Virus record (IMG/VR): IMGVR_UViG_2565956608_000007
Location: 1-42,407 of that record
Length of the DNA: 42,407 nt
From: a virus
Taxonomy: Duplodnaviria; Heunggongvirae; Uroviricota; Caudoviricetes
Direction: 5' to 3' (one strand)
Part shown: positions 1-8,415 of the stretch, in pieces
Numbering within the stretch: position 1 is the first letter of the stretch
Layout of the letters: each line of letters starts with the position of its first letter
Position numbers and translations under genes: made by a program
Notes under the pieces: generated by a model
What the model was told of the DNA's origin: nothing
What the model saw: the letters and a program-made list of their open reading frames with translations, nothing else
The model's database searches: none

Positions 1-1506
<1,506 letters not shown>

Positions 1507-1530
1507 ATAAAAAAGCCCGCATCAGCGGGC
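1507..1530 (-). terminator. Rho-independent terminator (minus-strand orientation) between attL and csiD
   Basis: GCCCGC-ATCA-GCGGGC hairpin at 1515-1530 preceded on the plus strand by AAAAAAAA, i.e. followed by a T-run on the minus strand. Confidence 0.5.
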
Positions 1531-1662
1531 TTTAATGTCATAGGGAGTCGCGACTCCGTTGCGTATCCTTTTTTGTCTCCTCACCGTCTGGTCGGTGTCC
1601 TGCTGAGACTTATAACTTCCTGTTTTTGTTGGTGTAGTCCTTACACCGTCCAATCATGATTG

Positions 1663-1692
1663 GCTGGCGGGAGTTGAACTCGCGTCCGAAAT
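1663..1692. repeat. attL core: 30-bp copy of the ssrA 3'-region sequence (GCTGGCGGGAGTTGAACTCGCGTCCGAAAT)
   Basis: 29/30 identical to 41355-41384, which lies inside the intact ssrA gene; about 120 bp beyond the integrase stop. Confidence 0.65.
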
Positions 1693-1742
1693 GTATTTAA
1701 CTCATTGAAAATAAACATTTCTATTGCTGTTATATACCTCAA

Positions 1743-1759
1743 GTGCATTTTACGTGCAT
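1743..1759. repeat. 17-bp direct repeat GTGCATTTTACGTGCAT (left arm), candidate integrase arm-type or accessory site
   Basis: Identical 17-mer at 41239-41255, both on the prophage side of the att cores. Confidence 0.45.
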
Positions 1760-1814
1760 ATTGAGGTCTGTCTAACGTCCTGATTCTGTCCAACATTTTG
1801 AAATATTTCCCCCG

Positions 1815-2987
1815 CTACAGCGCGGCTGAAATCGCGGTTTTACCGTCATATTCAGCCAGGTATTTACCGTAGTTGCGGAATATCATTTCCGGCCCTTTGT
1901 GGCCCATCTGTCCGGCAAGCCAGAATAGGTTAACGCCCTGGCTAATATGCTTGGTGGCGAATGTGTGCCGCGTCTGGTACGGGTTACGATAGCGCACGCC
2001 AGCTTTTTTCAGGGTCGGCACCCATGCTTTTTTACGGATAGCGTCGGCGTTCGCCCAGGGGTCTCCCGTTTTCGGGTCGCTGAATATGAACTCACTTTTC
2101 ATGAAGGTGTATTGCTTCTGCGCCTGCAGGGCCGCCAGCGCCTCACTGTTCAGCTCCACCTTTCGGGTACCGGCTTTTGTCTTGGTGCCTTTAAGTACCC
2201 CTACGACACTGGCCGCCTGAACGTGGGCTGTGTTCGCGATGGTGTCGAGATCAGGCCAGCGCAGCGCGCACAGTTCGGAGCTCCGCAGACCGGTATTGAA
2301 AGCAAAGCGGAACAGGTTTTCCCATTCCGGGTACCTGCAGCTCTGGTAAATGGCGAGGGTCTCCGCTGGCGTGAACGGGTCAACCTCGTAATCGTCGGCG
2401 CTCGGGCTGCTGTCGATCACGTGGTACCGGCTGGCGCTGACGAGGGTTACCGGGTTAATGGTCAGCAGGCCATCCGTAACAGCTTCATCGATGGCGCTGC
2501 GCAGAAATGAAAGGTTATTCCTGGTCGTTTTCAGTTTTGTTTTCCGGCTGGCTATCCAGTTTTTAAGGACCGCTGGCGTCAGTTCTGACACGTGGAGTTT
2601 ATGCAGGGCTGACAGCGCCGACAGGCATTTTTCATAACCGTTGATAGTCGACGGGGACAGGTTGCGGTTCTGGCAGATTTTCAGGTACTCGTCCAGGTAA
2701 GACTTTATGTTTTTGGTTTTCTTCACCACCCCGAACAGCTCCAGTTTTTTGGAGTTGGGGAAATATTTCGCATATTCAAAGGTGCCACTGACGATCTGGT
2801 TTTGTATCTCCCCGAGCAGGCGCTCGGCGTACTTAACACCGCGCGCGTTTGCTTCCATTTTGGAGAGGGGCTCCCGGCACAGAACCCCTTTGTATGTGAA
2901 AGTGATAACCAGAGTGTCGCCAGTTTTATGCTGGCGGATGGTTACTCCTCTTGGGAGAGATAATGATCCTTGTTCTTTCTTGCCCAC
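1815..2987 (-). CDS. int: tyrosine integrase (lambda-type site-specific recombinase)
   Basis: 390-aa ORF with C-terminal R..HxxR..Y catalytic signature (RHTFATKHI ... RNYGKY); 3' end abuts attL. Confidence 0.9.
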   Translation of the reverse strand: MGKKEQGSLSLPRGVTIRQHKTGDTLVITFTYKGVLCREPLSKMEANARGVKYAERLLGEIQNQIVSGTFEYAKYFPNSKKLELFGVVKKTKNIKSYLDEYLKICQNRNLSPSTINGYEKCLSALSALHKLHVSELTPAVLKNWIASRKTKLKTTRNNLSFLRSAIDEAVTDGLLTINPVTLVSASRYHVIDSSPSADDYEVDPFTPAETLAIYQSCRYPEWENLFRFAFNTGLRSSELCALRWPDLDTIANTAHVQAASVVGVLKGTKTKAGTRKVELNSEALAALQAQKQYTFMKSEFIFSDPKTGDPWANADAIRKKAWVPTLKKAGVRYRNPYQTRHTFATKHISQGVNLFWLAGQMGHKGPEMIFRNYGKYLAEYDGKTAISAAL

Positions 2988-3151
2988 TTCGAAACCTCCG
3001 TTAAGTCAATCCAGCGTTCTTTAACGCCATCGACTTTTAATACATGTACTCCCTCCTTCCATAACCCCCTTTGTATCCGTTTGTTAACGGCTTCTACCGT
3101 TTCCCCCGCGTCCCTGCAGTATGTAGAAAGGGGTACACAGTCAAGACTCAT
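2942..3151 (-). CDS. xis: excisionase-like DNA-binding protein (start chosen at internal ATG)
   Basis: Small ORF overlapping the int start by 46 nt; lambda Xis-like pattern (ETVEAVNKRIQRGLWKEGVHVLKVDG); upstream in-frame start at 3202 also possible. Confidence 0.55.
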   Translation of the reverse strand: MSLDCVPLSTYCRDAGETVEAVNKRIQRGLWKEGVHVLKVDGVKERWIDLTEVSKWARKNKDHYLSQEE

Positions 3152-3440
3152 GGCTGACCTCCTGCCCGAAAGCCTGGGCATTTTCCAGTTCATTAGCGGC
3201 ATAAATCAGGGCGTTGTGATGCGCGCGAAAACCACCATCAAGTTCGCGAGCAGCTCTGTCGCGCAAGATGTCGATCGCAGCCTGATAGTCATTCTGGTAA
3301 TCGGCCGAACTGGCCGGCAGCTCCGCCAGCACCATCAACATGTTTTCCGGGTCGATGGGAATGGTGGCGAGCCCAAGCTCTTTGGCCTCCGCCGCTAAAC
3401 GGGTCCAGCGTTCAATAATTTCAGTGGTACCTTTTTTCAT
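3141..3440 (-). CDS. hypothetical protein (early left operon)
   Basis: 99-aa ORF with GAGG ribosome-binding site upstream of the ATG at 3438-3440. Confidence 0.5.
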   Translation of the reverse strand: MKKGTTEIIERWTRLAAEAKELGLATIPIDPENMLMVLAELPASSADYQNDYQAAIDILRDRAARELDGGFRAHHNALIYAANELENAQAFGQEVSHES

Positions 3441-3448
3441 GGCATGCC

Positions 3449-3544
3449 TCAGAAACCTATCAAAAATTTATACTCAATCAGCGCGCCGAACACGACGGCC
3501 ACCAGCAACAGGCCAAACAGCAGAGAAAGGAAGAATGCTTTCAT
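3449..3544 (-). CDS. small hydrophobic peptide, 31 aa (MKAFFLSLLFGLLLVAVVFGALIEYKFLIGF)
   Basis: ATG overlaps the stop of the upstream gene as ATGA; AAGGA ribosome-binding site; single predicted transmembrane helix; below the size cut-off of the ORF track. Confidence 0.35.
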   Translation of the reverse strand: MKAFFLSLLFGLLLVAVVFGALIEYKFLIGF

Positions 3545-3762
3545 TTTCTGTCCTTCAGTTTGCTGTATCGTTCATGGCTCATTACTTCCCAGTTCTGGCC
3601 GCCGTCTCGGGACAGCAGCCGCCAGCGGCGATTAACCCTCAGGCTCAGGTTTCCGGAGCGGTGCATACGGCAGGGATGAATTCGCCTGGCTCTGAACTGG
3701 CGGAGCACATGGACCGCCTGCAGGTGCACCCACTCAGGAATTCGTATCGCTGTCAGGGCCAT
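3541..3762 (-). CDS. hypothetical basic (Arg-rich) protein
   Basis: ORF from internal ATG at 3760-3762 with AGGAGA ribosome-binding site; tight packing with neighbours. Confidence 0.4.
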   Translation of the reverse strand: MALTAIRIPEWVHLQAVHVLRQFRARRIHPCRMHRSGNLSLRVNRRWRLLSRDGGQNWEVMSHERYSKLKDRK

Positions 3763-3946
3763 TGTCCTTCTCTCCTGCTGGTGGGGTGATCGTGTAACCG
3801 GCGCGTTCAGCCATCCATAAAAAAGTCTCCAGCGATGCTGTAACCTCTCCGTTCTGAACCGGGCGCGCGTGGATAACTTTCCCATTCTCGATTGTCAGCA
3901 CGATATTTACTGGTTCGTGCGTGATAATTGGTGTCTGATCACTCAT
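3734..3946 (-). CDS. hypothetical protein
   Basis: 70-aa ORF from ATG at 3944-3946 with GGAG ribosome-binding site; overlaps the upstream gene end by 8 nt. Confidence 0.45.
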   Translation of the reverse strand: MSDQTPIITHEPVNIVLTIENGKVIHARPVQNGEVTASLETFLWMAERAGYTITPPAGEKDNGPDSDTNS

Positions 3947-4304
3947 GGCTTGTCTCCGCTGTGACTGATTTTTTTTTCTTGGCAAACTCGACCACCTCAG
4001 CAATGAGATCGTCGATTAATGCCTTTCCGCTTTCTGTCAGGAATTCACCGCTGCCATTAACATCAACAGCGCTGCTGTAAATTCCCTTGATAGCTTTTAC
4101 GCCTTCGACATTCCCGTACTCACTGATCGCAAGCCTTTCGAATTTTCTCAATAATCCATCAAGAAGAATCTCTGTTAACTCGACCGTGTTAATGCCGCCT
4201 TTATTGAGCTTAATAACAAGGCAGTTACTGCCTGTTTTACGCTGGTGGCGTAATAACGCTGCCTTTAAAATTCTGCGTCGGTAGGTGTTGATTAAATTAT
4301 CCAT
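3939..4304 (-). CDS. hypothetical protein
   Basis: 121-aa ORF with strong GAGGAGG ribosome-binding site upstream of ATG at 4302-4304. Confidence 0.6.
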   Translation of the reverse strand: MDNLINTYRRRILKAALLRHQRKTGSNCLVIKLNKGGINTVELTEILLDGLLRKFERLAISEYGNVEGVKAIKGIYSSAVDVNGSGEFLTESGKALIDDLIAEVVEFAKKKKSVTAETSHE

Positions 4305-4338
4305 TGCGCTGCTCCTCCTCCAAACTAATAACTATTTC

Positions 4339-4518
4339 CTATTCTTTTTCGGTCCAGTCATGAATATCAGAGGCTAGGTCATAAACAAGAGCGCAAATCG
4401 TTTTAAGTTGGAAGTGGTCGAGCTTGTCGTGATATTCAAATAAAGTTTGCGACAGACCCGCTAGTTGCTCATCTTTGATATTCACGCCCTGAATATCCTG
4501 CCTTGTTAAAATGCTCAT
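4339..4518 (-). CDS. hypothetical small protein
   Basis: ORF in early left operon; start chosen at internal ATG (MSILTRQ...); weak ribosome-binding site. Confidence 0.3.
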   Translation of the reverse strand: MSILTRQDIQGVNIKDEQLAGLSQTLFEYHDKLDHFQLKTICALVYDLASDIHDWTEKE

Positions 4519-4624
4519 AATTAACGTCCGTATGCTTTTTTTAGGTAAAGACGAGCGATTACCTCGTAACCGCAAGCCGCATAAAGGCATGCTGTTCTAT
4601 ATGCCGATTTATTAATGATGAAAG

Positions 4625-5017
4625 TCATACGAAGCGCCTCACAGCCAAAGAAGCGACCACCCGACCGTGAATTTTGATTTCTTTCTGTTCATCAGCATTA
4701 AGGGTGAAAGTTTCGTAATGATGGTTATCAGAGATGATTTTTAATGAGCCATCAGCTAATGGCTCAATTCTCTTAATGAAAAGGCATGGGCGACCAAAAG
4801 CATCCATTGTGTAAACATAAATTCCAGAGGTAAGCGCACTTCCACCGCAATCAACGAAAGCCACAACCTCACATGGTTCGATGGTCGGCTGCATTGAATC
4901 ACCTTCCATCCGGCAGCTTTGAACGCGGTTGCCAAAGTCATTAATGTTGTCAGATCCGAACAGCATCTGAGGCGTTTTAATTGGCTTATTAATTGCGACG
5001 GAATTTTGCATTCTCAT
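4625..5017 (-). CDS. stand-alone S24 (LexA/UmuD-like) peptidase-domain protein
   Basis: 130-aa ORF with GDSMQP serine motif and downstream FIKRI lysine motif typical of S24 peptidases; no HTH domain; GAGG ribosome-binding site. Confidence 0.7.
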   Translation of the reverse strand: MRMQNSVAINKPIKTPQMLFGSDNINDFGNRVQSCRMEGDSMQPTIEPCEVVAFVDCGGSALTSGIYVYTMDAFGRPCLFIKRIEPLADGSLKIISDNHHYETFTLNADEQKEIKIHGRVVASLAVRRFV

Positions 5018-5077
5018 TTCCTCAGGGTGAGTTTGGCCCCACCAAGAAAGGTGTTAATTGAATAATGTTAATTAATT

Positions 5078-5509
5078 TTAAATCTTGTCGGCTTGCTTGC
5101 AGATGGTTTCTTGCAAGTCGTCTAATTTTTCATAAACGATAGTTAGCGTACCGATAGCCGACAATTCCGGAGGCATACAATCCATAGCGTTGGATAAAGC
5201 CATTCTGCAATTGCCAATATCCGCAGACCATGAATTAAGTTGATTGGAAGTTATAATGCTTGTTGGCTCTGTAAAATCACCACACTGCTCGTTTCCTGAA
5301 ATGAGCCACAGAACATCAGAATGAAGAATGTTAGCCAATTGGATTAACTGGTCAGCAAACGGAACAGTTTTTTCCGTTTCCCAGTTGTTAATGGTTTCGG
5401 TTGTTAAACCAAGATGATCAGCCAAAAAATCCTGAGACAGTCGAAGCGAAGATCTTTGATTTAATATTCTTTTGCCGATGGTTTTGGCTACGGTGATTTG
5501 AGTATTCAT
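5078..5509 (-). CDS. HTH (XRE-family) DNA-binding protein, first gene of leftward early operon
   Basis: 143-aa ORF with N-terminal helix-turn-helix (LRLSQDFLADHLGLTTETINNWE); preceded by operator-like palindromes. Confidence 0.7.
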   Translation of the reverse strand: MNTQITVAKTIGKRILNQRSSLRLSQDFLADHLGLTTETINNWETEKTVPFADQLIQLANILHSDVLWLISGNEQCGDFTEPTSIITSNQLNSWSADIGNCRMALSNAMDCMPPELSAIGTLTIVYEKLDDLQETICKQADKI

Positions 5510-5552
5510 TTCATTGGCTCCGTTGTTTGCCGATGAATGAACTTTAAGTCAT

Positions 5553-5572
5553 GCAATAACTTATTGCAATAA
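5553..5572. promoter_or_regulatory. OL-like operator: overlapping palindromes GCAATAAcTTATTGC and TTATTGCAATAA
   Basis: Perfect 12-bp palindrome at 5561-5572 and 15-bp near-palindrome at 5553-5567 upstream of the leftward operon; the TTATTGCA motif recurs once in the cI-cro intergenic region (6457-6464). Confidence 0.5.
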
Positions 5573-5669
5573 CAAAACTTATTTTTCTTTTGCGATTTAG
5601 TTTAATGCATTGATTTTTTTGATTAAATTTTGTTATTAAACTGCATACTTACAGCTACAGACAAAGAAA

Positions 5670-5689
5670 AAGCCGCTTAAAAGCGGCTT
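5670..5689 (-). terminator. Rho-independent terminator downstream of the repressor gene
   Basis: AAGCCGCTT/AAGCGGCTT inverted repeat, followed on the minus strand by a T-rich tract. Confidence 0.5.
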
Positions 5690-5710
5690 CAAAAGGTGGG
5701 GTGTTGAAGG

Positions 5711-6409
5711 TTAGAGCCTATTGTAATTGATTGATTCATGCATTATGGCTTTACCCATCACGTAAAGGTCATCTTGGTTTTCTTCCGTGATATACCATTT
5801 CTCATATGCCGGATTATCCGATAAGACTGCCAGCCTGTTTCCCTGCATCTGGAGACGTTTTAGGTGAAATGTTTTACCAAAAACAAAAACATACACACCA
5901 TCCGTTAGAAAGTGTCGGACGGAAATGTCTACGAAGACACGATCACCGGAATTGAACGTGCTGGCCATGCTGTCGCCATTGACGGTCATTACTTTTACGA
6001 CATCTTCACTACGATTCCCGAAGAGGGATTTTGCATGTTGAGTCGTGAACTCAATAGCGTGTAAAACCTCCACATATTCTGAAAGCATGAACGTGCCAGG
6101 CCCTGCACTCACTGAAAGGTCAAGAACCTCGACCCTGAATATGCCAGCGTTATCCTTTACCTCCCTTTCGGGCATGGTCTCTATCACATAGCCCTGTCTA
6201 TGAGGCACATGATTTTTTCCAGTTGATAGCCATTCAGGGCTCACACCCAGCGCATTAGCAATCTCAACCAACTTACGTGTTGTGTTGGTTTTGCCTGCAA
6301 CAAGACGCCAGATAGCTGGTTGCGAAACCCCAACTTTCATCGCTAATTCTGCCTGTGTAAGGCCTGCGTCAACCATCGCTTTTTGAAGACGATCTGAGAA
6401 TGTGTTCAT
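5711..6409 (-). CDS. cI: CI-like prophage repressor (HTH + S24 autopeptidase domain)
   Basis: N-terminal HTH (LTQAELAMKVGVSQPAIWRL) and C-terminal S24 motifs (GDSMAS ... FHLKRL); divergent from Cro-like gene. Confidence 0.85.
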   Translation of the reverse strand: MNTFSDRLQKAMVDAGLTQAELAMKVGVSQPAIWRLVAGKTNTTRKLVEIANALGVSPEWLSTGKNHVPHRQGYVIETMPEREVKDNAGIFRVEVLDLSVSAGPGTFMLSEYVEVLHAIEFTTQHAKSLFGNRSEDVVKVMTVNGDSMASTFNSGDRVFVDISVRHFLTDGVYVFVFGKTFHLKRLQMQGNRLAVLSDNPAYEKWYITEENQDDLYVMGKAIMHESINYNRL

Positions 6410-6518
6410 ACCAATAAGCCTATACAAAAAGTTATTAAGTGGCAAATACGATAAGTTATTGCATAAAGTTATTCAAGGCTATACTCTTTCCCTATGTTCA
6501 ATAACTTTTGGTATTTTT
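6410..6518. promoter_or_regulatory. cI-cro intergenic operator/promoter region (OR-like)
   Basis: Four copies of AGTTATT/AATAACT (6430-6436, 6454-6460, 6467-6473, inverted at 6500-6506) between divergent repressor genes. Confidence 0.55.
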
Positions 6519-6746
6519 ATGATCAATCAACATGTCAAGAGAGCTATCGATATTCTCGGCGGCCAAGCTGCATTAGCAAGGGCGTGCGGGGTTACTCAAC
6601 CGGCTGTATTTCGCTGGCTTAATGGTAGCCGGGTTAAGGCTGATCATGTCATGTCCATTGTTAAAGCTACTGGTGGTGAAGTTAAAGCCTACCAGATCCG
6701 CCCAGACCTTCCAGATACATTCCCTCACCCGGGCAATGAGGTGTGA
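6519..6746 (+). CDS. cro: Cro-like / YdaS-like HTH protein
   Basis: 75-aa product MINQHVKRAIDILGGQAALARACGVTQPAVFRWLNG; divergent from cI; start taken at internal ATG to avoid overlapping the cI start. Confidence 0.65.
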   Translation: MINQHVKRAIDILGGQAALARACGVTQPAVFRWLNGSRVKADHVMSIVKATGGEVKAYQIRPDLPDTFPHPGNEV

Positions 6747-6747
6747 T

Positions 6748-6957
6748 ATGTCGCACTCAATCACTACCGAAAACCAAATTAAGCCATTGGATATCGATTA
6801 TCGCGATCCGCGCGGTGTGATTGTGCATGTCACCGGCTGGAATCGGGATAAGCAGCAGGTGTATTTCACCAGGCAGAATTATCCGCATGAATGCATGCAG
6901 CCTGTCTGGAAGTTCCAACAATATTTTACAAAGGTCTCGGAGGCGCAAAATGCGTGA
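6748..6957 (+). CDS. hypothetical protein
   Basis: 69-aa ORF with GAGG ribosome-binding site directly after the cro stop. Confidence 0.5.
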   Translation: MSHSITTENQIKPLDIDYRDPRGVIVHVTGWNRDKQQVYFTRQNYPHECMQPVWKFQQYFTKVSEAQNA

Positions 6958-7315
6958 TTACGGAAAGGTGTCGTCTGAGTTTTGGTTAGACCAGAACGGC
7001 AACAAATGGAAAGTGCCCACGATCAAAGGTCGCCTGAAAATGCGCGTACCCTGCCATCGCGCACTACGCGAATTTGTTCTTTGGCGCGACGGTTTCAAAT
7101 GCCGTCATTGTGGTAGTCAAGACCGCATTAAATTGGTCGCAGATCACATTGTATCGCGACGTAACGGTGGGGCTCACCACCCAGACAACATGCAGTGTTT
7201 GTGTGATTCCTGCAATGCGCGCAAGGCATCCCTGGTTGATGCCAAATTCCAGCCAAGGCCTGATGTAAGTGAGGTTATTTGTTCTGATGGAGGGGTGATT
7301 GATGGCACGCATTAG
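6950..7315 (+). CDS. HNH endonuclease
   Basis: Cys/His motif CRHCG ... DHIVSRRNGGAHHPDNMQCLCDSCNARK; GGAGG ribosome-binding site. Confidence 0.75.
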   Translation: MRDYGKVSSEFWLDQNGNKWKVPTIKGRLKMRVPCHRALREFVLWRDGFKCRHCGSQDRIKLVADHIVSRRNGGAHHPDNMQCLCDSCNARKASLVDAKFQPRPDVSEVICSDGGVIDGTH

Positions 7316-8312
7316 AACAATTAAACCTGAGTTCTGGACTGATGAGAAGATTGTCGAATGCTCATTTGAGGCGCGCCTGATGTTTATCGGAATGTTCAAT
7401 TTTGCCGACGACAAAGGCAATCTGGTGCGCTCCCCGAAGCGTATCAAGATGCAGATTTTCCCTGCGGACATGATCGACTGCGAGCCGTTAATTAAAGAAC
7501 TTAGCCTGGCTGGGTTAATCAGTGAGTATTCAGTGAATGGTGTTGAATATATTCACATTGATGGTTTTTCTAAACACCAGAAAATTAACCGACCATCCGC
7601 AACAACAATACCTACTCCAGAAGAAGTCGCTGATAGCTCACGGAAACCAGCACCTAATTACATGGATGGTTCAGTGAATGATGATGAAAAACAAACATAT
7701 GATTCACATGCAAGCAATGGAGTTAACACTGAGGACTCACTGAGTGCTCACGGCGAACTCACTGACGGAAGGGAAAGGAAGGGAAGGGAAGAGGAAAGGA
7801 ATAAAACTAATTTGTCCGATTCGAATCGGACTGATGGCGATAAACCTGACGAGTCGAAAGGGAAACCTTCACAGGAAAAACCTGATTCAGAATCAGATGA
7901 TGCTGAAGGCCAAGATCCAGTCGATGTCGCTTTCGAAAATATTTTTTGGGGGGCAGGTCTGAGAAAGGATGCCAAGGTCAAGGCTAAGTCAGCGTTCAGG
8001 ACCAAATATCGCGACTGGAAAAAAGCGAACCGAGGTACGCCTGAGAACTTCGCCGTTATGCTGGCTGAAGATATCAGCCTCCGGGTGAAAACACAGCAAA
8101 TGGGGTTCGACAAACTCCTGCCAGCGTCATACCTGAACGGAGAGCGCTGGAACGATGAAAAACCAAATGGAGCTCCTCAGATATCCGCAAGCGCAAACGC
8201 CATCGGTGGGACAGGGGCTTCCTGGTTCGCAAAACCAAGTGACGGTTCGGCTGAGGTATTTATCAGCCAGGCAGCCATTGACCGCATGAAGCGCGGAGCT
8301 AACCGCCCATGA
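7302..8312 (+). CDS. putative replication initiation / replisome organizer protein
   Basis: N-terminus ARIRTIKPEFWTDE resembles conserved phage replication-protein N-domains (recalled, not searched); position upstream of the primase-helicase; acidic low-complexity linker. Confidence 0.5.
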   Translation: MARIRTIKPEFWTDEKIVECSFEARLMFIGMFNFADDKGNLVRSPKRIKMQIFPADMIDCEPLIKELSLAGLISEYSVNGVEYIHIDGFSKHQKINRPSATTIPTPEEVADSSRKPAPNYMDGSVNDDEKQTYDSHASNGVNTEDSLSAHGELTDGRERKGREEERNKTNLSDSNRTDGDKPDESKGKPSQEKPDSESDDAEGQDPVDVAFENIFWGAGLRKDAKVKAKSAFRTKYRDWKKANRGTPENFAVMLAEDISLRVKTQQMGFDKLLPASYLNGERWNDEKPNGAPQISASANAIGGTGASWFAKPSDGSAEVFISQAAIDRMKRGANRP

Positions 8313-8415
8313 AAAGAATCCTCAAACGTCTACTGGTTGCTGGCTATAACCGCGGCTTTTTGCGTGAGGAATTCGTGACTATGTGCTTTATAAAATTCGA
8401 TTTACGGAGTGTGTG

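Noticed and set aside
5641-5660. Possible LexA box in the OL region (CTGCATACTTACAG)
   Set aside because: Spacing and half-sites do not fit CTGT-N8-ACAG; only the two boxes upstream of the dinI-like gene match the consensus.
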